14,203 nt of DNA. Source: Thermovirgaceae bacterium (GTDB lineage: Bacteria; Synergistota; Synergistia; Synergistales; Thermovirgaceae). The notes beneath the pieces were generated by a model, which saw only the letters and a program-made list of their open reading frames with translations, had not been told where the DNA came from and made no database searches. Positions 1 through 7,473 of this stretch are shown here, in pieces (the first letter of the stretch is position 1; each line of letters opens with the position of its first letter). The position numbers were made by a program, and so were the translations under genes. The DNA is taken from the NCBI GenBank assembly GCA_046542505.1, contig JBKHBH010000051.1, positions 1 to 14,203 of the forward strand, read 5' to 3'.

Positions 1-2144
1 AAGCCCGCCACCAAAGAGGAAGGTCCGAAAACCCGGGCCTTCAGGCGCCACGAAAGGAGTCGCCGAGCCTGTTCCGGATAATGGGAAGCGAAGCGCGCAA
101 AAAGGCTCCCCGGGAGGTCCTTTCCTTCCCCGGATGTGAAAAGCGACGTTGCCTCGGAAAGAAAGAGACCGCTCAAGGGGCTGCTCAAAAACGAAGCAAG
201 GGCGAGATTGTCGTCCGGGTCGGCCATGGCCTTGAGGGCTGCCGCCACGTCCCTGACCTCACCCCGGCTGAAGTAGTTCCGGTTTCCCTCGAAGTAGACA
301 GGAAAGTCCCTGCCCTCGATCAGGACCTCTTCAAGGGCCTCGTACTGGGTCCTCGTCGGGACGAGGATCGCCACGTCCCTGAACCGCAGCGGCCTGAGTC
401 CGCCGCCGGCAGGATCCCAGATGGTTTTTCCGCCGGTCAGGGCATCGTCGAGAAATTCGGCCAGAGCTTCCAGGGATGTCCTGCGAAGTTCCTCGATCGG
501 TACTGATTCTGAGCCTGCTCCAGGAACGGAGACGATGCAGCGGGTAACTGGAACAGTGCCCCCCTGGCGCTCTTTCCACCAGCTGTGGTGCGAAGGCGGA
601 AAGAGGGGTTCATAGGGTCTGGGTATCCCTTCGGCGATCCTGTCGTTCCAGACTGACGAAAAAAGGCGGTTAACATGGTCCATGAGACCGCCGCGGCTTC
701 TGAAAGAGGTTCCGAGAATGATTTCCTCGCCCTCGCTTTCTCGTCGAGCTTCCGAGAGGACTTTCCAGAAGATCAGCGGCTCGGCGTGGCGGAACCGATA
801 GATGGATTGTTGCAGGTCACCCACCAGGAACAGGTCACATTCGTCGTCTTGTGAAATGGTCCGGATCATTCCGTACTGCAGGCCGTCGGTGTCCTGGAAC
901 TCGTCGACGAGGACGTGGCTGAAACGGCTCCGGTAGGAGGAATTCGTTTTTAGGGCAAGGGATGCGTACCGGATCAGATCGTCAAAGGTGAGAATTCCCC
1001 GGGCGTGATTCTGGCTGTCCCGAAACCGCCAGCAGACGGCGCAGGCTCCAAGAAGCAGTTTGCGCGCCCGCTCTTCCGACGCAAAAAACCCGTCGGAGAC
1101 AAAACGGGCCACGCTCAGCCAATGGTCCCTGACGTTTCTGTAGGTGACACAGCGTTGCCCCGTCGCTTCCATGAGAATTGATTCGGCGGCTTTTTTGGCC
1201 CTGCCGTTATTGAGTGCGTACAGCGGTCCTTTCTCATCGAAAAGGGCCATGATGAAGCGGGGCAGGTCTTTTTCGTCGCCCCTTCGTTCCTTCCAGGTGT
1301 CTCTCAGTTCCCTCAGGCGTGAGGAAAACTTCGTCTTGTCCGTGTCGAGCCCGATTTCCGAATCAACGAAGGGAACGATGCGGTCCAGCCACAGCGAAAG
1401 GGCTTCCCTCCACTCCTTTTGGTACCTTTCCTGAAGGCTTGCGGCAACGTTTTCGTCGGCGGTTTCGGGTGAGACGCTCCAGGCCCAGATGTCTTCCGGG
1501 GTCAAGCCTCGACTTGCGAAATGGGAGATGAAGTCTCTGATGAAGGAGGTGATGCCCGAGGGGCCGAAAGTATTCAACAGGTCCAGGAAACTGTCGTCGC
1601 TGAAGGTTTTTTCGCCGCGGGAAGCCCACTCTCCCTTGAGGCCCTGAAGGAGTACGTCGAAATCGGTCCTGTCGAGTACGTGTTCCAGTTGCAGCCAGAA
1701 GGCGGTGTCTTCCGAACCGCTGATGACGCGTGCCTCCGGGTCAAGATCGAGGGCCAGGGCGTTTTCCTTGAGAACACGCATGGAAAAGGCATGAATCGTC
1801 GAGATGTATGCCTCGTCCAGGCGGTCCAGGGCCGGACGAAGCCTGTGCGAAAGGGACGGTTCCTCCACAAGAAGGCTCTCCATGAGCCTTTTGATCCGTT
1901 CGCGCATTTCCAGGGCCGCCTTTTCCGTGAAGGTGATGGTGAGAAGGGCGTCCACCGGGACGCCTTCGGCGGCCACGAGCCACAGGAAGCGCCAGGCCAG
2001 GGTGAGGGTCTTCCCCGTCCCGGCACCGGCGGTGACGACGACGAGTTTTTTGCCCGAGGTGACGGCCCGTATCTGATCCTCCTCCATGCGGACTGTTTCC
2101 TTCAGGTGTTTTGCAAGGATGCCGGGTTCATTCTGCTTCGCCAT
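1..2144 (-). CDS. addA: AddA-like UvrD/SF1A helicase-nuclease subunit, N-terminal ~714 aa; continues beyond the left window edge
   Basis: Not in the ORF track, consistent with no stop inside the window. Manual translation from ATG 2144 (GGAGG 8 nt upstream, overlapping the addB stop): MAKQNEPGILAKHLKETVRMEEDQIRAVTSGKKLVVVTAGAGTGKT (Walker A), LLTITFTEKAALEMRERI (motif Ia), HVLVDEFQDT (Walker B, ~890-920), LFLVGDLQQSIYRFRHA (motif III, ~785-835). Directly downstream of an addB-like gene. Confidence 0.92.
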   Translation of the reverse strand, partial: MAKQNEPGILAKHLKETVRMEEDQIRAVTSGKKLVVVTAGAGTGKTLTLAWRFLWLVAAEGVPVDALLTITFTEKAALEMRERIKRLMESLLVEEPSLSHRLRPALDRLDEAYISTIHAFSMRVLKENALALDLDPEARVISGSEDTAFWLQLEHVLDRTDFDVLLQGLKGEWASRGEKTFSDDSFLDLLNTFGPSGITSFIRDFISHFASRGLTPEDIWAWSVSPETADENVAASLQERYQKEWREALSLWLDRIVPFVDSEIGLDTDKTKFSSRLRELRDTWKERRGDEKDLPRFIMALFDEKGPLYALNNGRAKKAAESILMEATGQRCVTYRNVRDHWLSVARFVSDGFFASEERARKLLLGACAVCWRFRDSQNHARGILTFDDLIRYASLALKTNSSYRSRFSHVLVDEFQDTDGLQYGMIRTISQDDECDLFLVGDLQQSIYRFRHAEPLIFWKVLSEARRESEGEEIILGTSFRSRGGLMDHVNRLFSSVWNDRIAEGIPRPYEPLFPPSHHSWWKERQGGTVPVTRCIVSVPGAGSESVPIEELRRTSLEALAEFLDDALTGGKTIWDPAGGGLRPLRFRDVAILVPTRTQYEALEEVLIEGRDFPVYFEGNRNYFSRGEVRDVAAALKAMADPDDNLALASFLSSPLSGLFLSEATSLFTSGEGKDLPGSLFARFASHYPEQARRLLSWRLKARVFGPSSLVAG

Positions 2145-5049
2145 CACCGGAGCCTCCAGGTCTTTCGTCCATCCTGCAGAGTCCCCTGTATCCGCAGGTC
2201 GTGCATGCCTCTGATCCCCATTTCGGAGGAAATACTCCCGATAGAAGCCCCTGTGCCATTTCGTCGAGTTCCTTTCGCGCTTTTTCGAGCGATTCTTTTA
2301 GCATTTCCGGGGAAACCGCTTTTTTCCCGAAAAAGGGCGCCGTACTCCTTGTGAACCGACCCACCACCTTGCCGTCGCCGAGGCAGAGATACCCCCATCC
2401 GGAAAGGGGCGGGAAGCCCTCCCTGTCCATGACGAGGGCATAGGCGGGAAGCTGGAGACTCTTTCTGTAGGAGTCTGAAGAGCCTGATTTGTAGTCGATC
2501 AAGAGGGCCTCTGACTCGAGAATATCTAACCTGTCAAAGCGGCCCCTGAAGGTGACTCCGGAAAATGTCGCCGAAAGCTCTCCTTCGCGGACCTGGTTCC
2601 TGCGTCCTTCGCAAAGACCGCGCCCGTCGATCTCCTCCTGTTCCCTGCACAGGCGGAAAACCTGGTCACGAAGCCTGATGCCGTGGCGAAACAGGTAAGA
2701 TCCCTCCCTCAGGAGTTCCGGGTACTTTTGCAGAACCGTTTTTTTCCAGATTCCGTCAACGATTTCCGTGAGGTTCCTTCCGGTTTTTTTCTTTTCCAGC
2801 CAGGCCTTGTTCCAGAGGTCATGGATCATACTTCCGGCCCTCGCAGCGTCAAAAAGGCCCGGGCGGGGCTCCTGCAGACCGAGAATCCTCATGGCGTAGT
2901 AGCGGAAAGGGCAGGTCCGCCAGAGGTCGATGTCACCGAGGTAGGCTGTCGGCGATGAGGCGGGGTCCCTTTTTTCGAGGCTCTGGATCTCTCCCGTGAG
3001 CCGGCGGGGGACAAGAGGCTTTTCGGCTTCTCGGACCTCCACGGGCCTGATTCGGGTCCCGCTGTTTTCAGGCAGCACATCCTTCATGGTAGTCCTGACG
3101 GGTTCGTCTTGCAGGGGAGTGATCCATGGGGCATCTCCTTCGCGGGCGTCGCGCAAAAATGGTGAAAGCTGCAGGGGGCGGCCCGAAGCGTCCTGGCGCG
3201 GACGGCTGACAATGGTCAGTTCGTCGCCGCAGGCAAGGATACGGCGGAACAATGCGTGTCGCTGTCTGCGAATTTCGGACAAAAGAGGCAGATGAAAGGC
3301 TCCGAGCTCAAGAGACGGATCCTGATGGAGAAGTTCTCTCTTTTCGTCCGGGAGGAGGGGCGATTGCCTGAGACGGCCGGGCCAGGCCGAAGCCAGTGCC
3401 CCGGCGAACACGAAAACCCGATGATGGGCCAGTACCGGCGGATTCCCGGAATACAGGGTCAGGCTTCCGGTTTTTCTCGCAGTCTGCCAGATGGTCGAAC
3501 GTTCCGCCCACGCGCGCAAAAAGGCCATGGCCCTGTCTCCGGCGAGCTTCCGGCGTCCTGCAGGACCGATATCCGGCTCCGCCTCGCGCAGTTCGAGGGC
3601 TTTTTGTTCAAGCTCCCGCACGGCACCGCTCAACCGGCGGACTCCTTCGTCGAGGTCCGGTTCCTCCAGCACGAGATCAGAGAGGGCCCGGTCCCAGCCG
3701 CCGCGATGCATACCGTAAGGGGCTGTCATTGATTTGAAGGCTTCCAGGAGTTCCGCCGGAGTTCCACCTGATTCAACGGTCTCGATAAAAGACAGAAGGC
3801 CTTTGAAAACGGGCAGACTGTCGGGTCCTTCGGTGGCAAGAAAGTCTTCCCAGCCTTTTTTGCCTGAAGGAAGGGTCTCGATGGCGGTTCTGAAGGGGAA
3901 AGCGTGTCCCGTCAGGAATGGTTCCGTCAACAGCCGTGCCGTATCTTCGGCGGGAAAATCCCTCCGGTTGAGATCCCAGAGGCGGGAAGCCGTTTCCCAC
4001 AGCGGTGTGGAGGAGACATTCGGGCCGTCGTCGACGAAACAGGGCACCTTGTACCTTTCGAGGATTTCCTCCGCCAGAAGGAGTCTGTTAGCATCCACGG
4101 CGATCGCCGTATCACCCCATCCCGGGAACGGGCCCGCCGCTTCGGCAAAAGGACCCTCCGCCTTTTCCCACAGGACGAGATTCCGCACCAGGTGCTCGAT
4201 TTCCAGTCTCTGGTCGCCCGACTCAAGTTCAAGCACGCAAAGCGGCCGATGGCATTTGAAGACGGGGATCTCTTCAAGGACTGTCTCGAGCTGTTGGGAC
4301 GCGTTGTGGATGTCCAACCCTGTCGCCGGTGTCAGGACGAGGAGTCGGGCCCCCGCATCATGAAGGCATCGCAGAAGGAGGAGCTGGCCGTGGGTGAAAC
4401 TCAAAAACCCTGTAAAGACAAAGGATGCCGAACTGAGCCAGGAGAAGGCTTCTTTTGGGTGGTCCTCCACCATCCTGCGAATGACCGTTGCCGCCTGGGC
4501 GCTGTCGAAAAGCCCTTCCGATTCGAGGTACGCGGCGTACCGATGATACAAACGGCAGAGAAGACGGTCGGGATTACCGTCCTCGGGACAGGCTTCACCT
4601 GATTCGCATCCCTCGCACCCGACGGAGGCGGCCACGTGTTCCGGGAGCACTTCCTCCCGGAGGAGTTCCCGCAGCGTTTCACCCAGGATCGAGATGAACC
4701 CCGGTCTGGCTATCGCCGGAGGAAGATTCTCCGGGCTGAGGTTTTCCAGGACTTCTTCAAGGATGTGTCCTACGATAAGCCAGTGATCCGGGGGGGCGAT
4801 CTGCCGCCTCGGGGACAGGCCCCGCGAATCCATACGGGCTGCGGCCTCGCGATAAAGTTCTTCCCAGCGGAGAATCTGGGGTTCTCCGCCGCCGAAGGTC
4901 CCTTCGCCGACAAGAACGTCCCTCAGCCATCGGCGGTCTCCCGTACCGGGAACCACAAAATATTGCCGGCGCTCCCTTACGTCTGCGGCTTCCCGTAAAA
5001 GAGGCACCAGTTCCCGGGCAAACTGGTATTCAAAGATCCGTACCGGCAT
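2128..5049 (-). CDS. addB: AddB-like subunit: inactive helicase scaffold plus C-terminal PD-(D/E)XK RecB-family nuclease with Fe-S cysteines
   Basis: 973 aa; GGAGG upstream of ATG; C-terminal RGRFDRLD...LLIDYKSG...LQLPAY motifs; Cys in WRTCPFRYY plus CTTCGYRGLC matches the 1+3 cysteine 4Fe-4S pattern of AddB; overlaps the addA start. Confidence 0.88.
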   Translation of the reverse strand: MPVRIFEYQFARELVPLLREAADVRERRQYFVVPGTGDRRWLRDVLVGEGTFGGGEPQILRWEELYREAAARMDSRGLSPRRQIAPPDHWLIVGHILEEVLENLSPENLPPAIARPGFISILGETLRELLREEVLPEHVAASVGCEGCESGEACPEDGNPDRLLCRLYHRYAAYLESEGLFDSAQAATVIRRMVEDHPKEAFSWLSSASFVFTGFLSFTHGQLLLLRCLHDAGARLLVLTPATGLDIHNASQQLETVLEEIPVFKCHRPLCVLELESGDQRLEIEHLVRNLVLWEKAEGPFAEAAGPFPGWGDTAIAVDANRLLLAEEILERYKVPCFVDDGPNVSSTPLWETASRLWDLNRRDFPAEDTARLLTEPFLTGHAFPFRTAIETLPSGKKGWEDFLATEGPDSLPVFKGLLSFIETVESGGTPAELLEAFKSMTAPYGMHRGGWDRALSDLVLEEPDLDEGVRRLSGAVRELEQKALELREAEPDIGPAGRRKLAGDRAMAFLRAWAERSTIWQTARKTGSLTLYSGNPPVLAHHRVFVFAGALASAWPGRLRQSPLLPDEKRELLHQDPSLELGAFHLPLLSEIRRQRHALFRRILACGDELTIVSRPRQDASGRPLQLSPFLRDAREGDAPWITPLQDEPVRTTMKDVLPENSGTRIRPVEVREAEKPLVPRRLTGEIQSLEKRDPASSPTAYLGDIDLWRTCPFRYYAMRILGLQEPRPGLFDAARAGSMIHDLWNKAWLEKKKTGRNLTEIVDGIWKKTVLQKYPELLREGSYLFRHGIRLRDQVFRLCREQEEIDGRGLCEGRRNQVREGELSATFSGVTFRGRFDRLDILESEALLIDYKSGSSDSYRKSLQLPAYALVMDREGFPPLSGWGYLCLGDGKVVGRFTRSTAPFFGKKAVSPEMLKESLEKARKELDEMAQGLLSGVFPPKWGSEACTTCGYRGLCRMDERPGGSGDGEAE

Positions 5050-5054
5050 GGCGA

Positions 5055-5096
5055 CCCTCCAGCGTCGTTCTCGTAACTATATTACACGCTGGAGGG
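5055..5096 (-). promoter_or_regulatory. 11-bp perfect inverted repeat covering the addB Shine-Dalgarno, with -10-like hexamers in its loop
   Basis: CCCTCCAGCGT (5055-5065) / ACGCTGGAGGG (5086-5096); on the minus strand the 3' arm contains the addB GGAGG and the loop reads GTAATATAGTTAC. Confidence 0.5.
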
Positions 5097-5148
5097 CACG
5101 ATCGCCGTACCGCCAAAACGCCTTTTCACGGAACGGATCGGGCGAATC

Positions 5149-5310
5149 CTACCGATATCCTTCGAAAGGTCCCCGCCAGCGGACATCGAAGGGTGTTGGC
5201 TCTCCGCCGCTGTTCCACCAATTGCCCGCAGGCGCCGGCTGTTCCGGTCCCCTGGAAAACATCGCTGCCCTGGAGTCCTGCCATACCTCTGCCTGTCTTT
5301 TCTCTCTCAT
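5149..5310 (-). CDS. 53-aa hypothetical small protein downstream of the attenuator (MREKRQAEVW...GPFEGYR)
   Basis: Strong RBS GGGGAGG 7 nt before ATG 5310; the C-terminal part of track ORF 5149..5553; no recognisable family. Confidence 0.5.
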   Translation of the reverse strand: MREKRQAEVWQDSRAAMFSRGPEQPAPAGNWWNSGGEPTPFDVRWRGPFEGYR

Positions 5311-5390
5311 GATGAATCCTCCCCTGTTCTCCGGCGCCTTTCCTGAAGCACGCCTGTCACTCCGGCTTTCTCGCGCGAACCTAAAGAAAT

Positions 5391-5424
5391 AAAAAAGCCG
5401 GGACCCTTTTGAAGGATCCCGGCT
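5391..5424 (-). terminator. Intrinsic terminator (attenuator terminator)
   Basis: Minus-strand RNA AGCCGGGAUCCUU-CAA-AAGGGUCCCGGCU-UUUUU: 13-bp stem with one U-G wobble that pairs only in the minus orientation, then a U tract. Confidence 0.88.
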
Positions 5425-5447
5425 CCTGGCCCGAAGGTATGCGGCGT

Positions 5448-5531
5448 CTATGTGACGGCCGCCCCAGGAGGGGACCCACACGGGATAAGTACAAGAAGAA
5501 TAATGGCGAGAATCACAGAAGATCGAAGCAC
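5448..5531 (-). CDS. 27-aa branched-chain amino acid-rich leader peptide (ilv-type attenuator leader): MLRSSVILAIILLVLIPCGSPPGAAVT
   Basis: AAGGAGG RBS 8 nt before GTG 5531; TAG at 5448-5450; 10 of codons 6-16 are Val/Ile/Leu; followed by mutually exclusive antiterminator/terminator pairings; resembles the E. coli ilvL leader in composition and its IPPCGAA-like tail. Confidence 0.75.
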   Translation of the reverse strand: MLRSSVILAIILLVLIPCGSPPGAAVT

Positions 5532-5595
5532 CGTGCACCCCTCCTTTTTGCATGCCGACAGCCTGCTACAGGTTTTGCCGGAAGATTTTCACGAT

Positions 5596-5624
5596 ATTTT
5601 ACGTCAGTGAAGAATGGCTGTCAA
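5596..5624 (-). promoter_or_regulatory. Sigma70-type promoter for the leader transcript
   Basis: Minus strand TTGACA (5624-5619) - 17 nt - TAAAAT (5601-5596); near-consensus; about 65 nt upstream of the leader start. Confidence 0.8.
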
Positions 5625-5725
5625 AATGTGTACGTTATACATATCTCCCGGCCGTCGTTTCAGAGAAGCGGCTGTCTGCTAAGATAGAGAAACGGTAGAA
5701 CACACAAAAATCGGGAGAGTTGATC

Positions 5726-6010
5726 ATGAGGACATATGGATGTCTGGCGGCTTTTGCAGCCGCTTTCATGTCGGTGGGACCGGCATCCGCGGGGCAGTGG
5801 CACGAGATGATGTTCACAAGATGGATGGGCCCGTGGATGTGGGTGTTCTGGGTAGTCGTGATCGCCCTTGTCATCTTTTTTGTGGCCAGGCGGGCGGAGA
5901 CGCCCGAGGGCGGTCTGGAAGAGCCCCTGGAAATCCTCCGCCGAAGACTCGCGAAAGGGGAAATAACCGAAGAGGAATTCGACCGGCTGAAAAAGAAGAT
6001 CGAAACCTAG
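5726..6010 (+). CDS. Small membrane protein with C-terminal SHOCT domain
   Basis: GGAGA RBS before ATG 5726; signal-like N-terminus (ASA), Met/Trp-rich segment, one TM helix, and the PLEILRRRLAKGEITEEEFDRLKKKI SHOCT signature. Confidence 0.85.
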   Translation: MRTYGCLAAFAAAFMSVGPASAGQWHEMMFTRWMGPWMWVFWVVVIALVIFFVARRAETPEGGLEEPLEILRRRLAKGEITEEEFDRLKKKIET

Positions 6011-6049
6011 GGATGGTATCAAAAGGATCTTGACTGGGAGGAGCGCGTC

Positions 6050-6712
6050 GTGAGGCGATCGATTCAGGTTTTCGAAAATGCGGAATTGCTCGTGGAGACA
6101 CTGGCAGGAGAATGTGCTTCTCTGCTTGCCGGAGGAGGGACAGCGGTTTTCGGCGGAGGGGGCGTCCCTTTTGCCGTGTGCGCCGCCCTGGCAAGCCGGG
6201 CAAACCTTCCCTGGCGCATGATCCAGGTTTTTCCCGCCGATGAGACGTTTTCGCCCAAGGGGCACCCTGAGAGGAATGAAACACGACTGAGGCAGCTGTT
6301 ATCCGGCAGGTCATGCCTGATCCAGTCCTTCCCCACCGGCCTTGACCCGGAGAGGGCGGCACGGGAAATGCAGAAATACGTCCGTCATGTCATTCCTTTT
6401 GACGTGGTGATACTGGAACTCGGCGCCGGCGGGCGGATGGGTTCTCTCACTCCGGGGTCGTCCGTGCTCGAGTCACAGGATCTTGTAGATGTTCAGGAAG
6501 CAGCGGGAAGAAACGATCGAGACAGGCTTGTCTTGACGCCCAGAGCGTTGAGTGCTTCGGAGAAACTTGTCCTCTGCGCGACTGGACCAGAGGCCAAAGA
6601 GCCGCTTCGGGATATTGCAGAAGGAGCGGAACTGCCACCGACGCTTCTGCATCCTCTCCAGCCTGTGGCTCTTTACGCCGACGGGGAAGCCGCCGCGGAG
6701 CTTTATCTCTAG
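6050..6712 (+). CDS. 6-phosphogluconolactonase / glucosamine-6-phosphate isomerase fold protein with divergent active site
   Basis: GGAGGAG RBS, GTG start; ADETFSPKGHPERN resembles GDERxVPxDHxxSN; FDVVILELGAGGRMGSLTPG resembles FDLxLLGxGxDGHTASLFPG; RLVLT, TGPEAK and LPPTLL segments align with Pgl. Confidence 0.75.
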   Translation: MRRSIQVFENAELLVETLAGECASLLAGGGTAVFGGGGVPFAVCAALASRANLPWRMIQVFPADETFSPKGHPERNETRLRQLLSGRSCLIQSFPTGLDPERAAREMQKYVRHVIPFDVVILELGAGGRMGSLTPGSSVLESQDLVDVQEAAGRNDRDRLVLTPRALSASEKLVLCATGPEAKEPLRDIAEGAELPPTLLHPLQPVALYADGEAAAELYL

Positions 6713-6728
6713 GTCTTCTGTCAGTTGT

Positions 6729-7355
6729 TCAGTTGTTGCCGATGTGCTGCGCCAGGGCTTCTTCGAAAAGCGTACGTTGGGTATAGTGAACCGTTTCGAT
6801 CCCGAGGGATTTCGCCATCTGTACGTGTTCGAGGGTATCGTCCACGAAAAGGGCCTCACCGGGGGAAACGCACAGGCGGTCGAGAAGACTTTTGTAAGCG
6901 TCGGTTTCGAACTTGCTCACACCGAAGTTGTAGCTGTTCTGGATGATATCGAACAGTTCATAAAAGTGGTTTTCCCCGTTAAGCTCGTCCAGCCAGTTAG
7001 TCTGGTCGCTCAGAATGGCTGTCCGAAGGCTTTTTGCCCGGAGGGATCTTACGTGTTCAAGCATCCATGGCCTGATGACGAAGCGCTGGAGTATTTCCTC
7101 CCGAAGGACTTCATCGGGGAGGGTTATACCCGTTTCCCTCCTGAAAGCTCTCCAGAATTCCTCTTCGGGCACTTTGCCGGTAAGATAGCCCGTTTCATGG
7201 ACAAGGCGCCGGCCCGTCCGGAAAGTGTTTTCGGGGTCGAGGCCGTTGTTTTTGCCGATGGCCCTGAGGCCAAGACTGAAACCTTCCTCCGCCAGTACGC
7301 CGCCGAAGTCGAAGATGACTGCGCGAAGACGGTTTCGTTTTCCGTGCGTGTTCAA
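6729..7355 (-). CDS. HAD-superfamily hydrolase (subfamily IA, YihX-like phosphatase)
   Basis: AVIFDFGGVL motif I, ILSD motif II, K in GVSK, LFVDD motif IV; AAGGAG RBS favours TTG 7355 over GTG 7364. Confidence 0.88.
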   Translation of the reverse strand: MNTHGKRNRLRAVIFDFGGVLAEEGFSLGLRAIGKNNGLDPENTFRTGRRLVHETGYLTGKVPEEEFWRAFRRETGITLPDEVLREEILQRFVIRPWMLEHVRSLRAKSLRTAILSDQTNWLDELNGENHFYELFDIIQNSYNFGVSKFETDAYKSLLDRLCVSPGEALFVDDTLEHVQMAKSLGIETVHYTQRTLFEEALAQHIGNN

Positions 7356-7473
7356 GAGGATCACTCCTTTGTGGGTTTTATCAAATATAGTGTACCTTGA
7401 AGCCGCATGGTATAAGTATCCCGGGCGAAAAGGACGGAAATGTTCTGGCCGTTTATTCCGGGGGGCTTTGAAG

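Noticed and set aside
1521..2354. 277-aa plus-strand ORF (likewise 81..506, 6552..7400, 10021..10968)
   Set aside because: Antisense shadows of well-supported genes (addA, HAD, sfsA) with no recognisable domains.
2128..2950. Cas4-like nuclease motifs suggesting a CRISPR or defence locus
   Set aside because: They are the C-terminal nuclease domain of AddB next to addA; no repeat-spacer array or cas genes were seen.
5149..5553. 134-aa minus-strand ORF
   Set aside because: Runs through a strong terminator and has no RBS at its start; better explained as a leader peptide in another frame plus a 53-aa ORF.
5584..5598. CodY-box-like GATTTTCACGATATT at the leader promoter
   Set aside because: Four mismatches to AATTTTCWGAAAATT in an AT-rich promoter, and no evidence here that the organism has CodY.
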